This document shows, piece after piece, positions 9,263 through 19,165 of a stretch of DNA of 64,000 bases. The stretch comes from Vulcanimicrobiota bacterium (GTDB lineage Bacteria; Vulcanimicrobiota; Vulcanimicrobiia; Vulcanimicrobiales; Vulcanimicrobiaceae). A program made the position numbers and the translations under genes. Every line of letters starts with the position of its first letter. The stretch's first letter is position 1. The stretch is taken from assembly GCA_963733295.1 (NCBI GenBank), contig CAVTCS010000003.1, forward strand, positions 864,001-928,000. Reading direction: 5' to 3'. The notes under the pieces are model-generated. The model was not told where the DNA came from. It worked only from the letters and a program-made list of their open reading frames with translations, and ran no database searches.

Positions 9263-10744
9263 TCAGCGGGCCTTCCGCCCGGTAACATTCGACCCATTTC
9301 CACCAGGCGCGAACGTTGCCGCAGGCACCGAGATGGAAGGACGAGCCGCAAGCCTGATAGCGAACCACGCGAGGGCTAACATGCCGGCCAACGTCGGAAC
9401 GCGTGCCAAATCGAAGGCGAGCAAGTTCGCGTGAGCGACCGTGCGGACGTACAGCCCCCAGCTCGTTTCCGCCAATGCGTGCGGGTCGTAGTTCGCAGCG
9501 AGCAGCGAGTCCGGGTCGGGCGCCGGCGCCCCAACGAGGCCGAGCAGGCTCGCGACGAAGCCGATCACGACCAGAGCCAACACGCCGATTCCAGCCGGAC
9601 GCATTTCGCCCAACGTGCGGCCCAAAACCGCGGCTGCAATTGCCGCGAGGATTCCGAACGCGGTGCCGAGCGTCGTGAATTGGACCCACGGAATTGCGAG
9701 CAGGATGAGAATCGCGACGAGCGCCCGACGCAGTTCCGGAACGCGCGCGTAGAGCAAGAGCGCGCACGGGAGTGCCGCCGGCATTTGCGCGATGTGCAAA
9801 AACGGGCCGCCCACTAGCGCTAGCGCGGGAGGCAACGCGGCGATCATTCCCGGGCTGCGCAGCCTTCGCGCAAGTGGTGCAGCGATCGTGCAGCCGAGCG
9901 CGAGGGCCGCGAGATACGAGAGCGTGCCGAGGCGAAGCGCAAGCTCGTCGCTGCCCCCCAAGCGGTGCGCGAGGTAGCTCAGGCTGAACTGTTTTTCGTT
10001 GGCGAGCTCGGAGAGTGCGTGGGCCGGAACGACGCTGCGCCCATATTCCAGTGCGGTAGCCGGACCGACGAGCCACACCGAGCAGCCGGTGAAGACGAGC
10101 GCCGACAGCGCGAGCGGCAGCCGCGAACCGCTCCTCCACACGAAAAGCGCGACGCAGGCTGGGAGCCCGAGGTGGGGTTCGAGCATAGCGAACGCGGCGG
10201 CCCAGCCGGCGGCCGCGTCGCGCCGCTCCTGGGCGAACATCGTCGCCAGGGCGAGCCCCGCGACCGCCAGCGGGGCGAGCTGTCCGAGGCTGATCGACGC
10301 ATAGCCGTCACCGAGCGCAAAGGCCGCGATGAGTGCGGTAAGCGGTAGTCCCGTCGCCCGCCGCATCGCGGCGACGGCGATCGCGACCGCCGCCACCAGG
10401 ATGATGCACCAAAGGGTCGCCGCGACCGCGTACGGCAGCCGCGCCAGCAGGGCGAACGGCAGCAGCGCGTAGGGCGGAAGGGGCGCCGGGACGGCAAGCC
10501 CCGCGCGACCGGTCGAAAAGGGCGGCGCTTGGGGCAGCCGTTCGCAGCTTCCCAGGGGCTCGGCGCGGTAGGGATCGGCGCCCTCGGCCACCGCCGAGCC
10601 CGCGCAGTAGAACGCGTTGAAGTCCCGCAGAAAGCCGCTTGGACGCGCGGCCGGGTCGAGGGCGAAGAGCGCGCCGAGCGCAATGGCGAGCGCAACGAGG
10701 CCGAGCGTCTTCGTGCTGCGAGCGCCGCGCGCCGGGTCGTCCAT
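9263..10744 (-). CDS. GT87-like (GT-C) polytopic membrane glycosyltransferase
   Basis: RDFNAFYCAG, PLPPYALL and LGQ motifs; many TM helices. Confidence 0.7.
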   Translation of the reverse strand: MDDPARGARSTKTLGLVALAIALGALFALDPAARPSGFLRDFNAFYCAGSAVAEGADPYRAEPLGSCERLPQAPPFSTGRAGLAVPAPLPPYALLPFALLARLPYAVAATLWCIILVAAVAIAVAAMRRATGLPLTALIAAFALGDGYASISLGQLAPLAVAGLALATMFAQERRDAAAGWAAAFAMLEPHLGLPACVALFVWRSGSRLPLALSALVFTGCSVWLVGPATALEYGRSVVPAHALSELANEKQFSLSYLAHRLGGSDELALRLGTLSYLAALALGCTIAAPLARRLRSPGMIAALPPALALVGGPFLHIAQMPAALPCALLLYARVPELRRALVAILILLAIPWVQFTTLGTAFGILAAIAAAVLGRTLGEMRPAGIGVLALVVIGFVASLLGLVGAPAPDPDSLLAANYDPHALAETSWGLYVRTVAHANLLAFDLARVPTLAGMLALAWFAIRLAARPSISVPAATFAPGGNGSNVTGRKAR

Positions 10745-10821
10745 CCCAAGACTATCGGCTGCCCCTCGCGCTTTTCCCGGTGGAGGACGTTTTGAGGACG
10801 GCCGGAGTGCTCCCATGAGTC

Positions 10822-12282
10822 ATGTTTGCGAGCACGAAAGAACTCGGCGTCGGCGTGGCCTACTCGGCGGCGCTGGCTGAGGTCCTGGACCTTGGCGAGG
10901 TCGACGTCCTTGAAATCGAGCCGCGGATGCTGTGGCATCCCGAAGACGATGCGGGTGCGGAGCTCGACCTGGAGTCGTTCTCCCGTCTGGCGGCCTTGCC
11001 GCAGCAGAAGATCGTGCACTCGTCGGCCCTTCCCGTTGGCGGCAGCCTGCCGTTTGACGCTGCGACGTTGGCGCTGCTCGGTCGCAGCGCCGGTCTTTTG
11101 GGTGCGCGCTACCTGAGCCAGCACCTGGGTTTCGATCGCATCGAAATCGACGGCGAGGAACGCTTTACCGGAATGCTTTTGCCGCCGCGTCACACCGAAG
11201 CCGGCGTACGTCGAGCTGCTGCTTCGCTCAAAGAGTTGCGCGGCACGCTCGAGCTCGAGGTCGCGTTCGAGACCGGGGTCAGCTATCTGCGCCGTGCGGC
11301 AGGCGAAATGCCCGACGGCGAATTCTTCGCGCGGATCGCGAGCGAAGCGGACTGCGGCATCCTGCTCGATTTGCACGACGTCGTCACGAACGAGCGAAAC
11401 GGCGGCGACCGGGCGTACGAAGTGGTTGCGGCGCTGCCGCGCGAGCGAGTGTGGGAACTTCACTTGGCGGGCGGCTACGCGTACGGCGGATTCTGGATCG
11501 ACGCGCACAGCGGAACGATCGATCCGTACGCCTTCGAGCTGGCCGAAGCGACGGTCGGGGATTTCCCCAACCTGCGCGCAATCGTCTTCGAGATCGCGCC
11601 TGGCTTCGTCGACAATCTTTCACCCGAAGCTGCCGCCGAGCAAATTCAACTCCTGCGCAAACTCTGGCGCAGGCGCGCGCGCCGGCGAGCCGTTTTCTCG
11701 TGCACGCCCGCAATGGCGGTCGAAGTTCCCGCGGAGATCGAGTTAGGCGACTGGGAAACAGCGCTCGGGTCGATTGCGCTGGGACGGATTCCCGAAGGAG
11801 AGTTTGCAGACTTGGCTGCCGATCCAGCCGCGGCGTTGCTCAGCGATCTCGTCGACGGGGCGCGCGAGGCAACGCTGTTCGAGCGCCTGCCGCTGACGAT
11901 GCGCCTGCTCTCCGCAAGTCTCGGCGCCGCCGCGTTTCGATCGCTGCTCTTTTCGTACTTACGGGCGCGCTCGCCCGAACCGTTTGCCGCACTCGAAGTC
12001 GGCCATTTCTTGACGTTCGTCGAACGCGAAGCCGCAATCGTCGCGTATCTCGACCGGGTGATCGCTCTCGAGCGCGCAACCCTCGCCGCGGCGAACGGCG
12101 AACCGCAGGAAGTTCGCTTCGATTGCGACCCGGCGAAACTGCTCGCGGCGCTGGCAGCGCGGAAAGCGCCGCGCGCCGTGCCGGCCGGCGACTACCTGGT
12201 GCGCCTGCGCGGGGCGCAGATGGAGATCATCGACCGGAGCAACAGCATGAACCGCGCCCGGCCCGTGAGGCGCAGCGCTTAG
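10822..12282 (+). CDS. DUF692 multinuclear non-heme iron oxidase (MNIO) with C-terminal extension resembling a DUF2063/HvfC partner domain
   Basis: SQHLGF, FETGVSYL, LLDLHD, ELHLAGG, WIDAHSG and IVFE motifs; C-terminal LPLTMRLL...FRSLLFSY...FAALE. Confidence 0.8.
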   Translation: MFASTKELGVGVAYSAALAEVLDLGEVDVLEIEPRMLWHPEDDAGAELDLESFSRLAALPQQKIVHSSALPVGGSLPFDAATLALLGRSAGLLGARYLSQHLGFDRIEIDGEERFTGMLLPPRHTEAGVRRAAASLKELRGTLELEVAFETGVSYLRRAAGEMPDGEFFARIASEADCGILLDLHDVVTNERNGGDRAYEVVAALPRERVWELHLAGGYAYGGFWIDAHSGTIDPYAFELAEATVGDFPNLRAIVFEIAPGFVDNLSPEAAAEQIQLLRKLWRRRARRRAVFSCTPAMAVEVPAEIELGDWETALGSIALGRIPEGEFADLAADPAAALLSDLVDGAREATLFERLPLTMRLLSASLGAAAFRSLLFSYLRARSPEPFAALEVGHFLTFVEREAAIVAYLDRVIALERATLAAANGEPQEVRFDCDPAKLLAALAARKAPRAVPAGDYLVRLRGAQMEIIDRSNSMNRARPVRRSA

Positions 12283-12890
12283 CGGACACCCTGCAACAGC
12301 GGGCGCAAGAACATATCGGCGAATCCGAGCAACGCCACGCCGGCTCCCAGGAGCAGCCAGTCCTCTTTGCGCAGGACGACCGTCTCGGGAAGGTCGCGAG
12401 CGGGCATGCGACCGTACTCGCTGTCGAGCTCGACGTATTTGCCTTCGAATATCCGAACGTTCGCGGCTGCGGGCAAATGATGCGCAAGCGCGCCGACATC
12501 CGCAACGATGGCGTTCCCGTTCTTACCGTCCGTCAACCGAAACGAGACGCGAAACCGGCCGAACGTTCCTCGTACAAAGCTGCCGGGCAGATAGGTAACG
12601 GAGGTGATCGTGGCGCTGGCCACGCTGCATGCGCCCGCGCTGACCGGCGACGATAGGCTGCTTTGGCACGACGCATCGCTCGAATAGCGAGAAGCCGCCG
12701 CTCCGGCTGACGGCAGCGACGCGAGCTCCCAGACCACCACTCCCATACCACACGCGATCTCCAACAGCATGCGCGCCCGGCGCCCCCCCGGCGATTCCCT
12801 GGAGGGGCCGCGATAGAACACGACGACCAGCAGCACTACCACAAATGGCAGCGCATAGAGCCACGTCGAGAACGGAATCGGAACGAACAC
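12279..12890 (-). CDS. Hypothetical membrane protein
   Basis: Three hydrophobic segments; 203 aa ORF. Confidence 0.55.
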   Translation of the reverse strand: MFVPIPFSTWLYALPFVVVLLVVVFYRGPSRESPGGRRARMLLEIACGMGVVVWELASLPSAGAAASRYSSDASCQSSLSSPVSAGACSVASATITSVTYLPGSFVRGTFGRFRVSFRLTDGKNGNAIVADVGALAHHLPAAANVRIFEGKYVELDSEYGRMPARDLPETVVLRKEDWLLLGAGVALLGFADMFLRPLLQGVR

Positions 12891-13341
12891 GAGCGGTCGC
12901 TTCGTGGGATTGCGACGTCGCAGCCTCTTTCTCTTTGGAAGAGGGCACGATTGGGCCGCAGACTCCGCACTGGAACCTGCGGCCCTGGATCAAAAGCCTA
13001 GCAGCGCGTTTATCGCCTCAACGATGAGACCGGCTGCCACGCTCGCAAATATCGCATCCGCGAATTTCTGCTCTGATCTGCTTGCGAACGGTGCGATGCG
13101 CCGTCCGAGTGGCAAGCGCCACACTCAAGTTATCGACTGAAGCGGGAGGTTCGGCGCTATGACGGCCACCACACTCCTCGCCCGCGTCGGTCCGCCGGCG
13201 CGTGTGGGCGGCCCATTGACAGGGCTCGTCCGGCTCGGCGCCCGGGCGATGGGCCTGGACGGTGCACCGCAGACCGGGAAAAGCGTCAACTCGCCGAAAT
13301 CAGAGCGGCCGAGAAGGCCGTTCGAAGCCGTTCTCAGGTGC

Positions 13342-13419
13342 GCGCCCGTAGCTCAAACTGGATAGAGCGGGGGACTCCTAAGCCTCAGGTTGGACGTTCG
13401 AATCGTCTCGGGCGCACCA
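13342..13419 (+). tRNA. tRNA-Arg(CCT)
   Basis: GCGCCCG acceptor stem, CTCCTAA loop, T-arm GTTCGAATC, encoded CCA. Confidence 0.88.
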
Positions 13420-13430
13420 TTCAGTTTCGC

Positions 13431-13464
13431 GGAAAGCCGCCTTCCTTTGCGGGGGCGGCTTCCC
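13431..13464. terminator. Hairpin between convergent tRNA-Arg and peptidase
   Basis: AAGCCGCCTTC/GGGGGCGGCTT stem. Confidence 0.45.
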
Positions 13465-13543
13465 CAGTGTGCCGTAACTCGTCGGCTCGGGCCTGGGCGC
13501 TCCAGACGCCGTTTCGGCTCCCCCGCGCACCCGAGCGGCGAAC

Positions 13544-15409
13544 TTACGGACTCGCGTGACGCTGCATGAACGATAGCGTCCACTGATAGATCGCGACAAG
13601 GTTCTCGAGATGTGAGACACCGTGTCCTTCGTTTGCGAAGACATGCAACTCTGCGGGAACCCCGCTTTGCCGTAGTGCCTGGGCAATGTGCTTGCTTTGG
13701 GAAATCGGCACGATCGTATCGTTCGCGCCGCCGATGATGAGGACGGGCCGCTTGATCTCGGAAACGTGATTGATCGGCGAAATGGAAGCCAGAAACGCTC
13801 GATCGCGCGCGAGCGATCCGTACACGCCTTCCCGGTTGGCGCGACGCTCGGGCGCGGTCTTTTCTAGGAAATCGACCCAGTCGGCGACGCCGTAGACATC
13901 GATGCCGCCGGCCCACGCATAAGGATAGTGATAGAGACTCGAAAGGACGATGTAGCCACCGTACGATGCGCCGTTGACAAAGACGTCGTTTCTCGCCGCA
14001 TCGCCCGATGTGACGAGCCATTGGCGTAACGCCGCAACGTCCTTCACCGCGTTCTCGCGCTTGCGCCCGTCGGCCAAGTGCAGATACGTTCGTCCGTAGC
14101 CGGTGCTTCCCCGAATGTTCGGATCCAATAGGGCGTAGCCGCGCGATGCCAAGTACTGTGCAAACGGATAGAACCAGGCGCGGTCTTGTTCCTCGGGACC
14201 GCCGTGGATATCCAGCAGCACGGTCAGTTTGCCCTTGTGCGACTTCGGCCGAAAGTACCACGCAGGCACGATCAATCCGTCGAAGCTTCTCACGTGTACG
14301 ACCTGCGGCTCGACGAGCGAGTCTTGCGGGATTCCGTGAAAGTTCGGCTGATTGAGACGAGACGTCTTGTGCGATTGGAGATCGTACGCCCAGATGACCT
14401 TTGGGAACGTCGGCCCCGAGGCCGCGTACAGCAGCACCCGGCCGCCTTTGATGAAGGCGAGGGTCTCCGCAATGCTCGGCGGCATCGCCGGGCCCCCGAC
14501 GGCAGATCCCGTCGACGCATCGGCTAGAACGACATCGCCGAATCCTTCGCGGTTGACGATGTACGCCATCCGCCGACCGTCCGGGGAGAGCAGAACTTGA
14601 TCGATGTCGTTCGGTATCTGGAGAACCGGTCGGATTGAACGCGTTCCGATGTCGATGCGTTGTATGGTGCGAAACTCGCGGTTGAGGTCGGTTACGCAGA
14701 GGACGCTGCGCGCATCCGGCGTGAACTGCGAGCTATCGAACGTGGCCTGACCGCTGTGCGGCGTAATGAGCCGCGACGCTCCGGTTTGAAGATCGACGAC
14801 GTACAAATCGTCATCGTATGGACTGACGACGCGACGAACGATAAGGTGTCGAGCGTCTGGAGACCAAGCCGTGGCGTAGGCCGTTCCCTCAATGGTGTAA
14901 ACGCGCCGTACGGTCCCCGTGATCCGGTTCAGGACATAGACGTCAAAAACGCCGCTCTTACGCTTATTGGACGAAAACGCGAGCTGCGATCCATCGGACG
15001 AGAGGGCGCCGTAAACGTGCGTGACGGTCGGTTCTTTAGGAAAGAGCGGCACCGAGCCGAGCCGGTCGTCACGGGTAAGGTAAAATTGGTCGACGCCGCT
15101 TCCGCCTTGCGATTTGGCGTAAAGTATCGTGTGCGGATCGCGCGGCACCCATTGCGCGAAATCGACTGCGTCCTTACCGGCCGTGAGTTGACGGGAATGT
15201 TTCCCGTCGAAGTCCATCACCCAAACCTGCCAGCTACCGCTTTCCTCGCCCGTATAAGCGATACGCGCTCCGTCGGGCGACGCGGATTCCCAAGCGACAT
15301 CGGTCAGCTCGAGATAAGTGCGAAGCGGCAAATCCGCTGCCGGCAGCGGGGTCGCCTGGAGCGTAACAAGCGTGAAGGCGCATACCGCTGCACATTTGTT
15401 GTATCCCAT
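13544..15409 (-). CDS. S9 family prolyl oligopeptidase/aminoacyl peptidase, secreted
   Basis: IHGGPE, GASYGGY nucleophile, D (NDTIV) and H (EGHG); beta-propeller N-terminus; signal peptide. Confidence 0.9.
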   Translation of the reverse strand: MGYNKCAAVCAFTLVTLQATPLPAADLPLRTYLELTDVAWESASPDGARIAYTGEESGSWQVWVMDFDGKHSRQLTAGKDAVDFAQWVPRDPHTILYAKSQGGSGVDQFYLTRDDRLGSVPLFPKEPTVTHVYGALSSDGSQLAFSSNKRKSGVFDVYVLNRITGTVRRVYTIEGTAYATAWSPDARHLIVRRVVSPYDDDLYVVDLQTGASRLITPHSGQATFDSSQFTPDARSVLCVTDLNREFRTIQRIDIGTRSIRPVLQIPNDIDQVLLSPDGRRMAYIVNREGFGDVVLADASTGSAVGGPAMPPSIAETLAFIKGGRVLLYAASGPTFPKVIWAYDLQSHKTSRLNQPNFHGIPQDSLVEPQVVHVRSFDGLIVPAWYFRPKSHKGKLTVLLDIHGGPEEQDRAWFYPFAQYLASRGYALLDPNIRGSTGYGRTYLHLADGRKRENAVKDVAALRQWLVTSGDAARNDVFVNGASYGGYIVLSSLYHYPYAWAGGIDVYGVADWVDFLEKTAPERRANREGVYGSLARDRAFLASISPINHVSEIKRPVLIIGGANDTIVPISQSKHIAQALRQSGVPAELHVFANEGHGVSHLENLVAIYQWTLSFMQRHASP

Positions 15410-15483
15410 TTAACAACAGCGTAGCGAGCCCGCGCGCGTGGAGGCTAGCACCGGCGTCTCACCATTGTACGACTGTCTCGCGC

Positions 15484-16275
15484 TTAGCCGACGCTGCGCC
15501 GATACTCCGAAGGCGAAACGCCTAGCGCGAGCCTGAACCATCGATCGAAATGGCTCTGATCGTAAAATCCGCATTCCGCGGCGACGTCAGCTACGGGTCT
15601 GCGACTCTTACAAAGCGCTTCGACGGCGAGCTCGATTCGGGCTCGTCGCAGATAATCGCCCGGACTGCATCCGAAGGCGGATTTGAAATCGCGATAGAGC
15701 GTAGCGCGCGATACGCCGAGTTCGGCCGCCATTACGGGAATTGAGGGCGGCCGGCGCAGCGAGGAACGCATGAGCGCCGTGGCTCGCAAAGCCCGGGTGC
15801 GGCTGCCGCCGCTCAACTCCGCACCTCGAAGCGCGCGTCCCGCGAGCTCGTATGTCAGACCTTCCACGATCATTTCCGTGTACTCGTCGCAGCGCTGCAA
15901 TTCGTGATGCAGCTGCCAGACGACGCGTGCAAGGAGCGGATTGGTCAGCGCAGTCGGCTGCTTGACAGTCACGTGCGCGAACCCTCCGCTCGCATCCTCG
16001 GCCAGTGAAACTCGCATTAGCAACGCGGGCTCATGATCGAAGATCTGCGAGTGAGGCTCGTGCGCCGGATGTCCGACTCCCGTTCCCGGAGTGCAAAGAC
16101 GCCACCGCGCACCATATCGTTCGCGATACGATCCCTTCAACGTAAAGGTGAAGTACGATGATTCGTGCGAGTGGGTAGGAAGTGTCGATCCACCACGAAA
16201 CTCGCTCTCCGTGACAACGAACGGGCCGGCAATCCGACGTTGTACCAACTCGCCGTAATAGCTCGATGCGTCCAT
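15484..16275 (-). CDS. AraC family transcriptional regulator
   Basis: Cupin HSHE N-terminus; VAAECGFYDQSHFDRWF...SPSEYR HTH. Confidence 0.9.
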   Translation of the reverse strand: MDASSYYGELVQRRIAGPFVVTESEFRGGSTLPTHSHESSYFTFTLKGSYRERYGARWRLCTPGTGVGHPAHEPHSQIFDHEPALLMRVSLAEDASGGFAHVTVKQPTALTNPLLARVVWQLHHELQRCDEYTEMIVEGLTYELAGRALRGAELSGGSRTRALRATALMRSSLRRPPSIPVMAAELGVSRATLYRDFKSAFGCSPGDYLRRARIELAVEALCKSRRPVADVAAECGFYDQSHFDRWFRLALGVSPSEYRRSVG

Positions 16276-16574
16276 AGCTGGTCAATTTATTCGGCCGCGA
16301 TCTTCCGCTGCCGCCCCTCAGAAAGCGTCTATCGATTCCGGGCGGAGTTCACCTCGCGGTAAGGGGCGGGCGGTCCCGGCGTGACAGTGCGGGCCCAACC
16401 AAGTCAGAAGGGCCCTTGGTCAGCCGGCAGTCCTGGGAGGCGTTGGGAGGCCCTCTCGGTGTGCGCGGCCCTCCCAAAACGGCGATTTGTCGTCCGACCG
16501 CCAAGCGGGCGATGGCCGCCCTTAGGCTCGCTCGCGGAGGGCCTCCTAGCCCGGCGGGAAGGGCACCCTTCTCG

Positions 16575-16603
16575 TTGCCAGGTGCCCCCGGACCTGGTAT
16601 ACT
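16575..16603 (+). promoter_or_regulatory. sigma70-type promoter of rpmG-trnW-secE-nusG
   Basis: TTGCCA-17nt-TATACT with TGn extended -10. Confidence 0.65.
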
Positions 16604-16676
16604 CGGGTGCGAACGGGCCGCGCGTCCGTTTTCTTTATGTTCGATTTTACGGACCGCACCTTACAGGGCAAGTGAG

Positions 16677-16841
16677 ATGGCAAAGAAAGAGAATCGCGTC
16701 ATGGTAGTGTTGGCTTGCAACGAATGCAAACGGCGCAACTACAACACGCAAAAGAACAGGCAGCATAACAGCGATCGAATGGAATTGTCGAAGTACTGCC
16801 GCTGGTGCCGCTGCCACCGTCCGCATCGCGAGACGAAATAG
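16677..16841 (+). CDS. rpmG: 50S ribosomal protein L33 (Zn-binding form)
   Basis: [11 protein letters not shown]...KYCRWC...HRETK. Confidence 0.95.
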   Translation: MAKKENRVMVVLACNECKRRNYNTQKNRQHNSDRMELSKYCRWCRCHRPHRETK

Positions 16842-16855
16842 CGGGAATAAGCCAT

Positions 16856-16931
16856 AGGGCGGTAGCTCAATTGGTAGAGTTGCGGTCTCCAAAACCGTCG
16901 GTTGCAGGTTCGAGTCCTGTCCGCCCTGCCA
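16856..16931 (+). tRNA. tRNA-Trp(CCA)
   Basis: CTCCAAA loop; encoded CCA; conserved position before secE. Confidence 0.93.
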
Positions 16932-16956
16932 ATAATTTCCGGAGGAAGTCACGAGT

Positions 16957-17250
16957 ATGAACAGGCCAACGGGTGGAGGCGGAACGACGGCGCGACCGGG
17001 CGGTTCCGCGCGTCCTGGTTCGCCCCCTCGGCCGATCCAACGGCCGGGTGCCAATCGCGCCGCGAACCCGATGCAGTTTCAGAATTTTTTCCGCTCTCTC
17101 GTAGCCGAGATGAGACGCGTCACCTGGCCGACGCGGCAAGAGGCGATTTCGGCGACGATCTTGACGATCGGACTCGTCGTCGTCATCGGATTCTTCACCT
17201 ACGCCGTCGACGAACTGTTCGGCTTCCTGTTCGGACTGGTGCATAAGTAA
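16957..17250 (+). CDS. secE: Preprotein translocase SecE with Gly/Pro/Arg-rich N-terminal extension
   Basis: EMRRVTWPTRQE + TM helix; GGAGG RBS. Confidence 0.9.
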   Translation: MNRPTGGGGTTARPGGSARPGSPPRPIQRPGANRAANPMQFQNFFRSLVAEMRRVTWPTRQEAISATILTIGLVVVIGFFTYAVDELFGFLFGLVHK

Positions 17251-17254
17251 CGTT

Positions 17255-17866
17255 ATGGAAAGCGTAGAGAACGTAGACTCGTCGCAAGCGAGCGTAACGC
17301 TCGCCCCTACCGTCGCTCCTTCGAAGAAGGACGAGCGGCGCAAGTGGTATGTCATTCACACCTACTCGGGTTACGAGAACAAGGTGAAGGCGAACCTGGA
17401 GCGGCGCATCCACTCGATGAACATGCAAGAGAAAATCTTCCGCGTGCTCGTTCCGATGGAAGACGAAGTCGAGTTCAAGGACGGCAAGCGCAAGATCACT
17501 CCGAAGAAGGTCTTCCCGGGCTACGTGCTCGTCGAGATGGACATGGACGATCAGTCGTGGTACGTCGTGCGCAATACGTCCGGCGTGACCGGCTTCGTCG
17601 GAAGTCCGGGCGCGGGCGAGAAACCGAACCCCCTGCAAGAAAAAGAAGTCAAGACGATCCTCAAGCAGATGGGCATCGAAACGCCCAAGCTCAAGATCGA
17701 CTTCGCGAAGGGCGATCGCGTCAAGGTCACCAGCGGGCCGTTCTTCGACTTCACCGGCATCGTCGACGAAATCCAGCCGGAAAAGGAAAAGGTTCGGGCA
17801 CTCATCTCGATCTTCGGCCGCGAAACGCCGGTCGAGCTCGAGTTCTACCAAATCGAAAAGGTGTAG
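17255..17866 (+). CDS. nusG: Transcription termination/antitermination factor NusG
   Basis: WYVIHTYSGYENKV, FPGYVLVEM and KOW domain. Confidence 0.97.
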   Translation: MESVENVDSSQASVTLAPTVAPSKKDERRKWYVIHTYSGYENKVKANLERRIHSMNMQEKIFRVLVPMEDEVEFKDGKRKITPKKVFPGYVLVEMDMDDQSWYVVRNTSGVTGFVGSPGAGEKPNPLQEKEVKTILKQMGIETPKLKIDFAKGDRVKVTSGPFFDFTGIVDEIQPEKEKVRALISIFGRETPVELEFYQIEKV

Positions 17867-17886
17867 CACGCGTCAGGAGGGTTCCC

Positions 17887-18602
17887 ATGCAACCATCCGC
17901 CCTACGACACCCCGAAGCTCAATTTCCCCGAGATCATTCAGAGCGCGTTTACCGACGCGCTTCCACTGTTGCGCTCGCGTCAACGGTTGTGGCTGATATT
18001 CGCAGCGATCGCGGCGACTCGGCGGACTGCTCCTGCCATTCTTGCCAAAGACGTCACATTCCACCAGACGTCATCCGACAGGCGCCTGGTCGAGATCGCC
18101 GGATGGCGGTTGCAATGGCCGCACAGCTCCCCAACGTGCTGGGACGATTTCGTGCTTTTTCGTCATCGGTAGCGTCTTGCGCACGGTGCGCCCCGGCTGG
18201 CATTGGACACTTCGATATTTCTTTACGATTCTCGTCGTCTATCTGCTCATTGTTGCATGTGTATTCTCCAGTTGCTTCTTGGTAAAGATTCGTGGATTTT
18301 TCTGCTCGCTGCTCTTTGCGGCGACATTTTTCTTTAGCATCAAGTGGTCTCAGACGCTTGGTGCTATCTTCTCAGCGAAGGGAAGAATCCGTTTCGTCGA
18401 ATCGTGGACCGTTACAAACGGAATGTTTTGGCCGAACCTTTCTTCTGGCGGTCATGTTGTGGGTCGTGTTTGCCTCGGTCTCAGATCGCTCTTAGGGTCG
18501 TCGGCGGACCTTGGCGTAGTGGCTCACCGTATTCCTGCTGTGGCAGCCTTTCCGCTCATGTATTTCGGCTGCGTCTTCACACTAGCACTTCGTGTTTCTT
18601 AG
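17887..18602 (+). pseudogene. Frameshifted membrane protein (lower GC)
   Basis: AGGAGG+ATG 17887; hydrophobic reading moves between frames (PKLNFPEIIQSAFTDALPLL..., then VLRTVRPGW...). Confidence 0.45.
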
Positions 18603-18687
18603 CGTCGTGCAGTTGGATGCTAGCCTTGCGCATGCGTTTGCGCGGCGCGCTACCGCCCGGAGCGGCTTCGATGCCGGCCACGACCTG

Positions 18688-19082
18688 ATGTACATCTCGA
18701 CTCTTGACGCTGTTCGTCCACGACGTGGATCGAGCCATCGACTTTTACACACGCGTGCTGGGCTGGGAGAAACGTGACGACGCCGAGATGGCGCCTGGCA
18801 TGCGCTGGGTGACCGTCGGGTCCTCCAGGTGAGAAGACCAGTTTTGTCTTGGCGCGCGGCTTCGGTGGCTGGTCGCCCGAAAAGGTCGGCGGCCAAACCG
18901 GTACGGTTCTCGAGGTCGACGACGTCGAGGCGGCCGCAGCCGATCTGATGGAGCGAGGGGTCGAATTCACCGAACCGCCCAGAGTCGAACCGTGGGGGCT
19001 TTGGGCGCAATTCCAGGACTCCGAAGGCAACGAGTTCGGGCTGCATTCCGAACAAAGTACGCTGGCGGGAGTCAACGTCTAG
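18688..19082 (+). pseudogene. VOC/glyoxalase family protein with two apparent +1 indels
   Basis: Reassembles to MYIST.TLFVHDVDRAIDFYTRVLGW...RWVTVG...LEVDDVE...[19 protein letters not shown]. Confidence 0.75.
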
Positions 19083-19090
19083 GGCCGGCG

Positions 19091-19119
19091 TTGCCGGCTG
19101 GCCCGTTTCCCTGTATACT
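19091..19119 (+). promoter_or_regulatory. sigma70-type promoter of rplKA
   Basis: TTGCCG-17nt-TATACT. Confidence 0.6.
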
Positions 19120-19165
19120 ATGGCGGTTGCGCCGTCCAGCCCGACCCCGGCCCGGCGCCGTTTAC

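Noticed and set aside
9207..10139. 817-aa ORF suggesting an N-terminally extended malate synthase
   Set aside because: The extension overlaps the GT87-like gene in another frame; an RBS supports GTG at 9206
13159..13365. 68-aa ORF with GGAGG as MNIO precursor
   Set aside because: Runs into tRNA-Arg, its single Cys lies at the tRNA boundary, and it shows no precursor-like features
13420..16570. tRNA-Arg-anchored integrative element carrying S9 peptidase and AraC
   Set aside because: No integrase, and I found no direct repeat of the tRNA 3' end
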